A stretch of 64,000 nucleotides of DNA from Eledone cirrhosa (GCA_964016885.1 OZ024764.1:28334001-28398000), one strand, 5' to 3'; counted from the first letter of the stretch, positions 51,501 to 64,000 are shown. Notes: generated by a model from the letters alone, not told the origin. Numbers and translations: made by a program.

Positions 51501-52227
51501 TCGCCTCCTTACAGCACTTCTAAATGCTGTTTTGTGCAGGTCATCGAAGAGGGTATACATTTTTGTGGGACAGCCCGTTGTCGCCTCTATTCAGCACTTC
51601 TAAATGCTGTTTTATGCAGGTCATCGAAGAGCGTATACATTTTTGTGGGACAGCTCGTTGTTGCCTCCTTTCAGCACTTATAAATGCTGCTTTGTGCAGG
51701 TCATCGAAGAGCGTATACATTTTTGTGGGACAGCCCTTTGCCGCCTCTATTCAGCACTTCTAAATGCTGTTTTATGCAGGTCATCGAAGAGGGTATACAT
51801 TTTTGTGGGACAGCCCGTTGTCGCCTCTATTCAGCACTTCTAAATGCTGTTTTATGCAGGTCATCGAAGAGCGTATACATTTTTGTGGGACAGCTCGTTG
51901 TTGCCTCCTTTCAGCACTTCTAAATGCTGCTTTGTGCAGGTCATCGAAGAGCGTATACATTTTTGTGGGACAGCCCTTTGCCGCCTCTATTCAGCACTTC
52001 TAAATGCTGCTTTGTGCAGGTCATAGAAGAGCGTATACATTTTTGTGGGACAGCCCGTTGTCGCCTCCTTACAGCACTTCTAAATGCTGTTTTGTGCAGG
52101 TCATCGAAGAGCGTATACATTTTTGTGGGACAGCTTTTTGACGCCTCTATTCAGCACTTCTAAATGCTGTTTTATGCAGGTCATCGAAGAGCGTATACAT
52201 TTTTGTGGGACAGCCCGTTGTCGCCTC
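48502..52227. repeat. Tandem 23-mer (1,837 bp) duplication
   Basis: Private GAACTTCAAAATG at ~49598/51435, the 78- and 79-bp monomers and an internal 240-bp doublet all recur at offset 1837 (23x80 - 3). Confidence 0.9.
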
Positions 52228-55200
52228 TATTCAGCACTTCTAAATGCTGTTTTATGCAGGTCATCGAAGAGCGTATACATTTTTGTGGGACAGCTCATTG
52301 TTGCCTCCTTTCAGCACTTCTAAATGCTGCTTTGTGCAGGTCATCGAAGAGCGTATACATTTTTGTGGGACAGCCCTTTGCCGCCTCTATTCAGCACTTC
52401 TAAATGCTGCTTTGTGCAGGTCATAGAAGAGTGTATACATTTTTGTGGGACAGCCCGTTGTCGCCTCCTTACAGCACTTCTAAATGCTGTTTTGTGCAGG
52501 TCATCGAAGAGCGTATACATTTTTGTGGGACAGCCCTTTGTCGCCTCTATTCACCACGTCTAAATGCTGTTTTGGGCAGGTCATAGAAGAGTGTATACAT
52601 TTTTGTGGGACAGCCCTTTGCCGCCTATATTCAGCACTCCTAAATGCTGTTTTGGGCAGGTCATAGAAGAGCGTATACATTTTTGTGGGACAGCCCGTTG
52701 TCGCCTTTATTCATCACTTGTAAATGCTGTTTTGTGCAGCTCATAGAAGAGCGTATACATTTTTGTGGGACAGCCCTTTGTCGCCTCCCTACACCACTTC
52801 TAAGTGCTGCTTTGTGCAGGTCATCGAAGAGCGTATACATTTTTGTGGAACAGCCCGTTGTCGCCTCCCTACAGCACTTCTAAGTGCTGCTTTGAGCAGG
52901 TCATAGAAGAGCGTATACATTTTTGTGGGACAGCCCGTTGTCGCCTCTATTCAGCACTTCTAAATGCTGCTTTTTGCAGGTCATAGAAGAGCGTATACAT
53001 TTTTGTGGGACAGCTCATTGTCGCCTCCTTTCAGCACTTCTAAATGCTGCTTTGTGCAGGTCATCGAAGAGCGTATACATTTTTGTGGGACAGCCCGTTA
53101 TCGCCTCTATTCAGCACTTGTAAATGCTGCTTTTTGCAGGTCATAGAAGAGCGTATACATTTTTGTGGGACAGCCCGTTGTCGCCTCCCTACAGCACTTC
53201 TAAGTGCTGCTTTGTGCAGGTCATAGAAGAGCGTATATATTTTTGTGGGACAGCCCGTTGTCGCCTCTATTCAGCACTTCTAAATGATGCTTTTTGCAGG
53301 TCATAGAAGAGCGTATACATTTTTGTGGGACAGCCAGTTGTCGCCTCCTTACAGCACTTCTAAATGCTGTTTTGTGCAGGTCATCGAAGAGCGTATACAT
53401 TTTTGTGGGACAGCCCGTTGTCGCCACTATTCAGCACTTCTAAATGCTGTTTTGTGCAGGTCATCGAAGAGCGTATACATTTTTATGGGACAGCCCGTTG
53501 TTGCCACTATTCAGCACTTCTAAATGCTGTTTTGTGCCGGTCATAGAAGAGCGTATACATTTTTGTGGGACAGCCCGTTGTCGCCTCTATTCAGCACTTC
53601 TACATGCTGTTTTGGGCAGGTCATCGAAGAGCGTATACATTTTTGTGGGACAGCCCGTTGTCGCCTCCCTACAGCACTTCTAAGTGCTGCTTTGTGCAGG
53701 TCATCGAAGAGCGTATACATTTTTGTGGGACAGCCCGTTGTCGCTTCCCTACAGCACTTCTAAGTGCTGCTTTGTGCAGCTCATAGAAGAGTGTATACAT
53801 TTTTGTGGGACAGCCCGTTGTCGCCTCTATTCAGCACTTCTAAATGCTGTTTTGTGCAGGTAATAGAAGAGCGTATACATTTTTGTGGGACAGCCCGTTG
53901 TCGCCTCTATTCATCACTCCTAAATGCTGTTTTATGCAGGTCATACAAGAGCGTATACATTTTTGTGGGACAGCCCATTGTCGCCTCTATTCAGCACTTC
54001 TAAATGCTGTTTTATGCAGGTCATACAAGAGCGTATACATTTTTGTGAGACAGCCCGTTGTCGCCTCTATTTAGCACTCCTAAATGCTGTTTTATGCAGG
54101 TCATACAAGAGCGTATACATTTTTGTGGGACAGCTCGTTGTCGCCACTTCTAAATGCTGTTTTGTGCCGGTCATAGAAGAGCGTATACATTTTTGTGGGA
54201 CAGCCCATTGTCGCCTCTATTCAGCACTTCTAAATGCTGTTTTGTGCAGGTCATCGAAGAGCGTATACATTTTTGTGGGACAGCCCATTGTCGCCTCTAT
54301 TCAGCACTGCTAAATGCTGTTTTGTGCAGGTCATAGAAGAGCGTATACATTTTTGTGGGACAGCCCGTTGTCGCCACTATTCAGCACTTCTAAATGCAGT
54401 TTTGTGCAGGTCATCGAAGAGCGTATACATTTTTATGGGACAGCCCGTTGTCGCCACTATTCAGCACTTCTAAATGCTGTTTTATGCAGGTCATACAAGA
54501 GCGTATACATTTTTGTGGGACAGCCCGTTGTCGCCTCCTTACAGCACTTCTAAATGCTGTTTTGTGCAGGTCATCGAAGAGCGTATACATTTTTGTGGGA
54601 CAGCTTTTTGACGCCTCTATTCAGCACTTCTAAATGCTGTTTTATGCAGGTCATCGAAGAGGGTATACATTTTTGTGGGACAGCCCGTTGTCGCCTCTAT
54701 TCAGCACTTCTAAATGCTGTTTTATGCAGGTCATCGAAGAGCGTATACATTTTTGTGGGACAGCTCGTTGTTGCCTCCTTTCAGCACTTCTAAATGCTGC
54801 TTTGTGCAGGTCATCGAAGAGCGTATACATTTTTGTGGGACAGCCCTTTGCCGCCTCTATTCAGCACTTCTAAATGCTGCTTTGTGCAGGTCATAGAAGA
54901 GCGTATACATTTTTGTGGGACAGCCCGTTGTCGCCTCCTTACAGCACTTCTAAATGCTGTTTTGTGCAGGTCATCGAAGAGCGTATACATTTTTGTGGGA
55001 CAGCTTTTTGACGCCTCTATTCAGCACTTCTAAATGCTGTTTTATGCAGGTCATCGAAGAGCGTATACATTTTTGTGGGACAGCCCGTTGTCGCCTCTAT
55101 TCAGCACTTCTAAATGCTGTTTTATGCAGGTCATCGAAGAGCGTATACATTTTTGTGGGACAGCTCGTTGTTGCCTCCTTTCAGCACTTCTAAATGCTGC

Positions 55201-57394
55201 TTTGTGCAGGTCATCGAAGAGCGTATACATTTTTGTGGGACAGCCCTTTGCCGCCTCTATTCAGCACTTCTAAATGCTGCTTTGTGCAGGTCATAGAAGA
55301 GTGTATACATTTTTGTGGGACAGCCCGTTGTCGCCTCCTTACAGCACTTCTAAATGCTGTTTTGTGCAGGTCATCGAAGAGCGTATACATTTTTGTGGGA
55401 CAGCCCTTTGTCGCCTCTATTCAGCACGTCTAAATGCTGTTTTGGGCAGGTCATAGAAGAGTGTATACATTTTTGTGGGACAGCCCTTTGCCGCCTATAT
55501 TCAGCACTCCTAAATGCTGTTTTGGGCAGGTCATAGAAGAGCGTATACATTTTTGTGGGACAGCCCGTTGTCGCCTTTATTCATCACTTGTAAATGCTGT
55601 TTTGTGCAGCTCATAGAAGAGCGTATACATTTTTGTGGGACAGCCCTTTGTCGCCTCCCTACACCACTTCTAAGTGCTGCTTTGTGCAGGTCATCGAAGA
55701 GCGTATACATTTTTGTGGAACAGCCCGTTGTCGCCTCCCTACAGCACTTCTAAGTGCTGCTTTGAGCAGGTCATAGAAGAGCGTATACATTTTTGTGGGA
55801 CAGCCCGTTGTCGCCTCTATTCAGCACTTCTAAATGCTGCTTTTTGCAGGTCATAGAAGAGCGTATACATTTTTGTGGGACAGCTCATTGTCGCCTCCTT
55901 TCAGCACTTCTAAATGCTGCTTTGTGCAGGTCATCGAAGAGCGTATACATTTTTGTGGGACAGCCCGTTATCGCCTCTATTCAGCACTTGTAAATGCTGC
56001 TTTTTGCAGGTCATAGAAGAGCGTATACATTTTTGTGGGACAGCCCGTTGTCGCCTCCCTACAGCACTTCTAAGTGCTGCTTTGTGCAGGTCATAGAAGA
56101 GCGTATATATTTTTGTGGGACAGCCCGTTGTCGCCTCTATTCAGCACTTCTAAATGCTGCTTTTTGCAGGTCATAGAAGAGCGTATACATTTTTGTGGGA
56201 CAGCCAGTTGTCGCCTCCTTACAGCACTTCTAAATGCTGTTTTGTGCAGGTCATCGAAGAGCGTATACATTTTTGTGGGACAGCCCGTTGTCGCCACTAT
56301 TCAGCACTTCTAAATGCTGTTTTGTGCAGGTCATCGAAGAGCGTATACATTTTTATGGGACAGCCCGTTGTTGCCACTATTCAGCACTTCTAAATGCTGT
56401 TTTGTGCCGGTCATAGAAGAGCGTATACATTTTTGTGGGACAGCCCGTTGTCGCCTCTATTCAGCACTTCTACATGCTGTTTTGGGCAGGTCATCGAAGA
56501 GCGTATACATTTTTGTGGGACAGCCCGTTGTCGCCTCCCTACAGCACTTCTAAGTGCTGCTTTGTGCAGGTCATCGAAGAGCGTATACATTTTTGTGGGA
56601 CAGCCCGTTGTCGCTTCCCTACAGCACTTCTAAGTGCTGCTTTGTGCAGCTCATAGAAGAGTGTATACATTTTTGTGGGACAGCCCGTTGTCGCCTCTAT
56701 TCAGCACTTCTAAATGCTGTTTTGTGCAGGTAATAGAAGAGCGTATACATTTTTGTGGGACAGCCCGTTGTCGCCTCTATTCATCACTCCTAAATGCTGT
56801 TTTATGCAGGTCATACAAGAGCGTATACATTTTTGTGGGACAGCCCATTGTCGCCTCTATTCAGCACTTCTAAATGCTGTTTTATGCAGGTCATACAAGA
56901 GCGTATACATTTTTGTGGGACAGCCCGTTGTCGCCTCTATTTAGCACTCCTAAATGCTGTTTTATGCAGGTCATACAAGAGCGTATACATTTTTGTGGGA
57001 CAGCTCGTTGTCGCCACTTCTAAATGCTGTTTTGTGCCGGTCATAGAAGAGCGTATACATTTTTGTGGGACAGCCCATTGTCGCCTCTATTCAGCACTTC
57101 TAAATGCTGTTTTGTGCAGGTCATCGAAGAGCGTATACATTTTTGTGGGACAGCCCATTGTCGCCTCTATTCAGCACTGCTAAATGCTGTTTTGTGCAGG
57201 TCATAGAAGAGCGTATACATTTTTGTGGGACAGCCCGTTGTCGCCACTATTCAGCACTTCTAAATGCAGTTTTGTGCAGGTCATCGAAGAGCGTATACAT
57301 TTTTATGGGACAGCCCGTTGTCGCCACTATTCAGCACTTCTAAATGCTGTTTTATGCAGGTCATACAAGAGCGTATACATTTTTGTGGGACAGC
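51742..57394. repeat. Tandem 36-mer (2,870 bp) higher-order repeat, two copies
   Basis: GAGGGT, CACGTC, GGAAC and GGTAAT variants and the 70-bp monomer recur at offset 2870 (36x80 - 10). The same 2870 spacing separates the GAGGGT monomers at ~3.7 and ~6.6 kb. Confidence 0.9.
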
Positions 57395-60300
57395 TCGTTG
57401 TCGCCTCCTTTCAGCACTTCTAAATGCTGCTTTGTGCAGGTCATCGAAGAGCGTATACATTTTTGTGGGACAGCCCGTTGTCGCCTCTATTCAGCACTCC
57501 TAAATGCTGTTTTATGCAGGTCATACAAGAGCGTATACATTTTTATGGGACAGCCCGTTGTCGCCTTTATTCAGCACTTGCAAATGCTGTTTTGTGCATG
57601 TCATCGAAGAGCGTATACATTTTTGTGGGACAGCCCGTTGTCGCCTCCCTACACCACTTCTAAGTGGTTTTGTGCAGGTCATAGAAGAGCGTATACATTT
57701 TTGTGGGACAGCCCGTTGTCGCCTTTATTCAGCACTTCTAAATGCTGTTTTGGGCAGGTCATAGAAGAGCGTATACATTTTTGTGGGACAGCCCGTTGTC
57801 GCCTTTATTCAGCACTTCTAAATGCTGTTTTGGGCAGGTCATAGAAGAGTGTATACATTTTTGTGGGACAGCTCGTTGTCGCCTCCTTTCAGCACTTCTA
57901 AATGCTGCTTTGTGCAGGTCATCGAAGAGCGCATACATTTTTGTGGGACAGCCCTTTGCCGCCTCTATTCATCACTTCTAAATGCTGTTTGGGCAGGTCA
58001 TAGAAGAGCGTATACATTTTTGTGGGACAGCCCGTTGTTGCCTCCCTACAGCACTTCTAAGTGCTGCTTTGTGCAGGTCATCGAAGAGCGTATACATTTT
58101 TGTGGGACAGCCCTTTGTCGCCTCTATTCAGCACGTCTAAATGCTGTTTTGGGCAGGTCATAGAAGAGTGTATACATTTTTGTGGGACAGCCCTTTGCCG
58201 CCTATATTCAGCACTCCTAAATGCTGTTTTGTGCAGGTCATCGAAGAGCGTATACATTTTTGTGGGACAGCCTGTTGTCGCTTCCCTACACCACTTCTAA
58301 GTGCTGCTTTGTGCAGCTCATAGAAGAGTGTATACATTTTTGTGGGACAGCCCGTTGTCGCCTCTATTCAGCACTTCTAAATGCTGTTTTGTGCAGGTCA
58401 TACAAGAGCGTATACATTTTTGTGGGACAGCCCGTTGTCGCCTCTATTCAGCACTTCTAAATGCTGTTTTGTGCAGGTCATACAAGAGCGTATACATTTT
58501 TGTGGGACAGCCCGTTGTCGCCTCTATTCAGCACTTCTAAATGCTGTTTTATGCAGGTCATACAAGAGCGTATACATTTTTGTGGGACAGCCCGTTGTCG
58601 CCTCTATTTAGCACTCCTAAATGCTGTTTTATGCAGGTCATACAAGAGCGTATACATTTTTGTGGGACAGCTCGTTGTCGCCACTACTCAGCACTTCTAA
58701 ATGCTGTTTTGTGCCGGTCATAGAAGAGCGTATACATTTTTGTGGGACAGCCCATTGTCGCCTCTATTCAGCACTTCTAAATGCTGTTTTGTGCAGGTCA
58801 TCGAAGAGCGTATACATTTTTGTGGGACAGCCCATTGTCGCCTCTATTCAGCACTGCTAAATGCTGTTTTGTGCAGGTCATAGAAGAGCGTATACATTTT
58901 TGTGGGACAGCCCGTTGTCGCCACTATTCAGCACTTCTAAATGCAGTTTTGTGCAGGTCATCGAAGAGCGTATACATTTTTATGGGACAGCCCGTTGTCG
59001 CCACTATTCAGCACTTCTAAATGCTGTTTTATGCAGGTCATACAAGAGCGTATACATTTTTGTGGGACAGCTCGTTGTCGCCTCCTTTCAGCACTTCTAA
59101 ATGCTGCTTTGTGCAGGTCATCGAAGAGCGTATACATTTTTGTGGGACAGCCCGTTGTCGCCTCTATTCAGCACTTCTAAATGCTGTTTTGTGCAGGTAA
59201 TAGAAGAGCGTATACATTTTTGTGGGACAGCCCGTTGTCGCCTCTATTCATCACTCCTAAATGCTGTTTTATGCAGGTCATACAAGAGCGTATACATTTT
59301 TGTGGGACAGCCCATTGTCGCCTCTATTCAGCACTTCTAAATGCTGTTTTATGCAGGTCATACAAGAGCGTATACTTTTTTTGAGACAGCCCGTTGTCGC
59401 CTCTATTTAGCACTCCTAAATGCTGTTTTATGCAGGTCATACAAGAGCGTATACATTTTTGTGGGACAGCTCGTTGTCGCCACTTCTAAATGCTGTTTTG
59501 TGCCGGTCATAGAAGAGCGTATACATTTTTGTGGGACAGCCCATTGTCGCCTCTATTCAACACTTCTAAATGCTGTTTTGTGCAGGTCATCGAAGAGCGT
59601 ATACATTTTTGTGGGACAGCCCATTGTCGCCTCTATTCAGCACTGCTAAATGCTGTTTTGTGCAGGTCATAGAAGAGCGTATACATTTTTGTGGGACAGC
59701 CCGTTGTCGCCACTATTCAGCACTTCTAAATGCAGTTTTGTGCAGGTCATCGAAGAGCGTATACATTTTTATGGGACAGCCCGTTGTCGCCACTATTCAG
59801 CACTTCTAAATGCTGTTTTATGCAGGTCATACAAGAGCGTATACATTTTTGTGGGACAGCCCGTTGTCGCCTCCTTACAGCACTTCTAAATGCTGTTTTG
59901 TGCAGGTCATCGAAGAGCGTATACATTTTTGTGGGACAGCTTTTTGACGCCTCTATTCAGCACTTCTAAATGCTGTTTTATGCAGGTCATCGAAGAGGGT
60001 ATACATTTTTGTGGGACAGCCCGTTGTCGCCTCTATTCATCACTCCTAAATGCTGTTTTATGCAGGTCATACAAGAGCGTATACATTTTTGTGGGACAGC
60101 CCATTGTCGCCTCTATTCAGCACTTCTAAATGCTGTTTTATGCAGGTCATACAAGAGCGTATACATTTTTGTGGGACAGCCCGTTGTCGCCTCTATTTAG
60201 CACTCCTAAATGCTGTTTTATGCAGGTCATACAAGAGCGTATACATTTTTGTGGGACAGCTCGTTGTCGCCACTTCTAAATGCTGTTTTGTGCCGGTCAT

Positions 60301-63216
60301 AGAAGAGCGTATACATTTTTGTGGGACAGCCCATTGTCGCCTCTATTCAGCACTTCTAAATGCTGTTTTGTGCAGGTCATCGAAGAGCGTATACATTTTT
60401 GTGGGACAGCCCATTGTCGCCTCTATTCAGCACTGCTAAATGCTGTTTTGTGCAGGTCATAGAAGAGCGTATACATTTTTGTGGGACAGCCCGTTGTCGC
60501 CACTATTCAGCACTTCTAAATGCAGTTTTGTGCAGGTCATCGAAGAGCGTATACATTTTTATGGGACAGCCCGTTGTCGCCACTATTCAGCACTTCTAAA
60601 TGCTGTTTTATGCAGGTCATACAAGAGCGTATACATTTTTGTGGGACAGCTCGTTGTCGCCTCCTTTCAGCACTTCTAAATGCTGCTTTGTGCAGGTCAT
60701 CGAAGAGCGTATACATTTTTGTGGGACAGCCCGTTGTCGCCTCTATTCAGCACTCCTAAATGCTGTTTTATGCAGGTCATACAAGAGCGTATACATTTTT
60801 ATGGGACAGCCCGTTGTCGCCTTTATTCAGCACTTGCAAATGCTGTTTTGTGCATGTCATCGAAGAGCGTATACATTTTTGTGGGACAGCCCGTTGTCGC
60901 CTCCCTACACCACTTCTAAGTGGTTTTGTGCAGGTCATAGAAGAGCGTATACATTTTTGTGGGACAGCCCGTTGTCGCCTTTATTCAGCACTTCTAAATG
61001 CTGTTTTGGGCAGGTCATAGAAGAGCGTATACATTTTTGTGGGACAGCCCGTTGTCGCCTTTATTCAGCACTTCTAAATGCTGTTTTGGGCAGGTCATAG
61101 AAGAGTGTATACATTTTTGTGGGACAGCTCGTTGTCGCCTCCTTTCAGCACTTCTAAATGCTGCTTTGTGCAGGTCATCGAAGAGCGCATACATTTTTGT
61201 GGGACAGCCCTTTGCCGCCTCTATTCATCACTTCTAAATGCTGTTTGGGCAGGTCATAGAAGAGCGTAAACATTTTTGTGGGACAGCCCGTTGTTGCCTC
61301 CCTACAGCACTTCTAAGTGCTGCTTTGTGCAGGTCATCGAAGAGCGTATACATTTTTGTGGGACAGCCCTTTGTCGCCTCTATTCAGCACGTCTAAATGC
61401 TGTTTTGGGCAGGTCATAGAAGAGTGTATACATTTTTGTGGGACAGCCCTTTGCCGCCTATATTCAGCACTCCTAAATGCTGTTTTGTGCAGGTCATCGA
61501 AGAGCGTATACATTTTTGTGGGACAGCCTGTTGTCGCTTCCCTACACCACTTCTAAGTGCTGCTTTGTGCAGCTCATAGAAGAGTGTATACATTTTTGTG
61601 GGACAGCCCGTTGTCGCCTCTATTCAGCACTTCTAAATGCTGTTTTGTGCAGGTCATACAAGAGCGTATACATTTTTGTGGGACAGCCCGTTGTCGCCTC
61701 TATTCAGCACTTCTAAATGCTGTTTTATGCAGGTCATACAAGAGCGTATACATTTTTGTGGGACAGCCCGTTGTCGCCTCTATTTAGCACTCCTAAATGC
61801 TGTTTTATGCAGGTCATACAAGAGCGTATACATTTTTGTGGGACAGCTCGTTGTCGCCACTACTCAGCACTTCTAAATGCTGTTTTGTGCCGGTCATAGA
61901 AGAGCGTATACATTTTTGTGGGACAGCCCATTGTCGCCTCTATTCAGCACTTCTAAATGCTGTTTTGTGCAGGTCATCGAAGAGCGTATACATTTTTGTG
62001 GGACAGCCCATTGTCGCCTCTATTCAGCACTGCTAAATGCTGTTTTGTGCAGGTCATAGAAGAGCGTATACATTTTTGTGGGACAGCCCGTTGTCGCCAC
62101 TATTCAGCACTTCTAAATGCAGTTTTGTGCAGGTCATCGAAGAGCGTATACATTTTTATGGGACAGCCCGTTGTCGCCACTATTCAGCACTTCTAAATGC
62201 TGTTTTATGCAGGTCATACAAGAGCGTATACATTTTTGTGGGACAGCTCGTTGTCGCCTCCTTTCAGCACTTCTAAATGCTGCTTTGTGCAGGTCATCGA
62301 AGAGCGTATATATTTTTGTGGGACAGCCCGTTGTCGCCTCTATTCAGCACTTCTAAATGCTGTTTTGTGCAGGTAATAGAAGAGCGTATACATTTTTGTG
62401 GGACAGCCCGTTGTCGCCTCTATTCATCACTCCTAAATGCTGTTTTATGCAGGTCATACAAGAGCGTATACATTTTTGTGGGACAGCCCATTGTCGCCTC
62501 TATTCAGCACTTCTAAATGCTGTTTTATGCAGGTCATACAAGAGCGTATACATTTTTGTGAGACAGCCCGTTGTCGCCTCTATTTAGCACTCCTAAATGC
62601 TGTTTTATGCAGGTCATACAAGAGCGTATACATTTTTGTGGGACAGCTCGTTGTCGCCACTTCTAAATGCTGTTTTGTGCCGGTCATAGAAGAGCGTATA
62701 CATTTTTGTGGGACAGCCCATTGTCGCCTCTATTCAGCACTTCTAAATGCTGTTTTGTGCAGGTCATCGAAGAGCGTATACATTTTTGTGGGACAGCCCA
62801 TTGTCGCCTCTATTCAGCACTGCTAAATGCTGTTTTGTGCAGGTCATAGAAGAGCGTATACATTTTTGTGGGACAGCCCGTTGTCGCCACTATTCAGCAC
62901 TTCTAAATGCAGTTTTGTGCAGGTCATCGAAGAGCGTATACATTTTTATGGGACAGCCCGTTGTCGCCACTATTCAGCACTTCTAAATGCTGTTTTATGC
63001 AGGTCATACAAGAGCGTATACATTTTTGTGGGACAGCCCGTTGTCGCCTCCTTACAGCACTTCTAAATGCTGTTTTGTGCAGGTCATCGAAGAGCGTATA
63101 CATTTTTGTGGGACAGCTTTTTGACGCCTCTATTCAGCACTTCTAAATGCTGTTTTATGCAGGTCATCGAAGAGGGTATACATTTTTGTGGGACAGCCCG
63201 TTGTCGCCTCTATTCA
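56743..63216. repeat. Tandem duplication of about 3.2 kb (offsets 3256 then 3176/3177; 40-41 monomers)
   Basis: Shared variants are CCTGTTGTCGCTTCCCTACACCAC ~58271/61527, CACTACTCAG ~58682/61858 and GAGACAG ~59383/62560. The first copy has one extra monomer near 58.4 kb. Confidence 0.88.
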
Positions 63217-64000
63217 GCACTTCTAAATGCTGTTTTATGCAGGTCATCGAAGAGCGTATACATTTTTGTGGGACAGCTCGTTGTTGCCTCCTTTCAGCAC
63301 TTCTAAATGCTGCTTTGTGCAGGTCATCGAAGAGCGTATACATTTTTGTGGGACAGCCCTTTGCCGCCTCTATTCAGCACTTCTAAATGCTGCTTTGTGC
63401 AGGTCATAGAAGAGCGTATACATTTTTGTGGGACAGCCCGTTGTCGCCTCCTTACAGCACTTCTAAATGCTGTTTTGTGCAGGTCATCGAAGAGCGTATA
63501 CATTTTTGTGGGACAGCTTTTTGACGCCTCTATTCAGCACTTCTAAATGCTGTTTTATGCAGGTCATCGAAGAGCGTATACATTTTTGTGGGACAGCCCG
63601 TTGTCGCCTCTATTCAGCACTTCTAAATGCTGTTTTATGCAGGTCATCGAAGAGCATATACATTTTTGTGGGACAGCTCGTTGTTGCCTCCTTTCAGCAC
63701 TTCTAAATGCTGCTTTGTGCAGGTCATCGAAGAGCGTATACATTTTTGTGGGACAGCCCTTTGCCGCCTCTATTCAGCACTTCTAAATGCTGCTTTGTGC
63801 AGGTCATAGAAGAGTGTATACATTTTTGTGGGACAGCCCGTTGTCGCCTCCTTACAGCACTTCTAAATGCTGTTTTGTGCAGGTCATCGAAGAGCGTATA
63901 CATTTTTGTGGGACAGCCCTTTGTCGCCTCTATTCAGCACGTCTAAATGCTGTTTTGGGCAGGTCATAGAAGAGTGTATACATTTTTGTGGGACAGCCCT

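Larger units (their letters stand above)
1..64000. repeat. 80-bp tandem satellite array (about 802 monomers, single orientation, extends beyond both window edges); probable centromeric or pericentromeric satellite
   Basis: The same 80-bp unit recurs from position 1 to 64000 and ORF starts step by 80 bp. The cumulative phase loss is 146 bp (ORF start 13 vs 63787 = 13 + 799x80 - 146), fully accounted for by 38 small deletions. The centromeric role is inference only. Confidence 0.99.

Noticed and set aside
59370-59390. Unique TATACTTTTTTTGAGAC 79-bp variant
   Set aside because: It is a single occurrence in a homopolymer and the sister copy at ~62550 is normal, so it is plausibly a sequencing or consensus error.
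13-63969. Hundreds of 60-211 aa ORFs (MLFCAGHRRAYTFLWDS...)
   Set aside because: They are translations of an 80-bp unit that is not a multiple of 3. They overlap in all three frames, lengthen only where indels or SNPs remove stops, and show no codon-position bias or recognisable domain.
1-64000. CRISPR-like array (conserved segment plus variable segment)
   Set aside because: The variable parts are point variants of one consensus rather than unique spacers, and there are no cas genes or leader.
1-64000. Embedded transposon, telomeric repeat or inversion
   Set aside because: Phase accounting leaves no room for non-satellite sequence, and every segment read matches the + orientation consensus.

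Overview
The whole 64-kb window is one uninterrupted head-to-tail satellite DNA array with an 80-bp monomer. The consensus is CAGCACTTCTAAATGCTGTTTTGTGCAGGTCATCGAAGAGCGTATACATTTTTGTGGGACAGCCCGTTGTCGCCTCTATT (about 46% GC, T-rich on the + strand). There are about 802 monomers, all in the same orientation, with no unique sequence, transposon insertion or inversion visible. I find no credible protein-coding, RNA or CRISPR feature; the hundreds of ORFs are translations of the repeat in shifting frames. The information is in the variant pattern: (i) an irregular higher-order organisation with a recurring 2.5-5.7 kb cycle in three subfamilies; (ii) nested tandem duplications from 3 to 87 monomers, the largest a near-perfect 6,942-bp duplication with a chimeric junction monomer; (iii) length variants that are all deletions, tracing to six distinct events, including a 10-bp microhomology deletion whose undeleted ancestor is still present; (iv) a monomer built from short dyad symmetries, with one lineage showing a complex mutation that restores a broken palindrome; (v) substitutions concentrated at CG and CHG sites. 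The best interpretation, by inference, is a eukaryotic (possibly plant) centromeric or pericentromeric satellite. I cannot name the species or family from the sequence alone.
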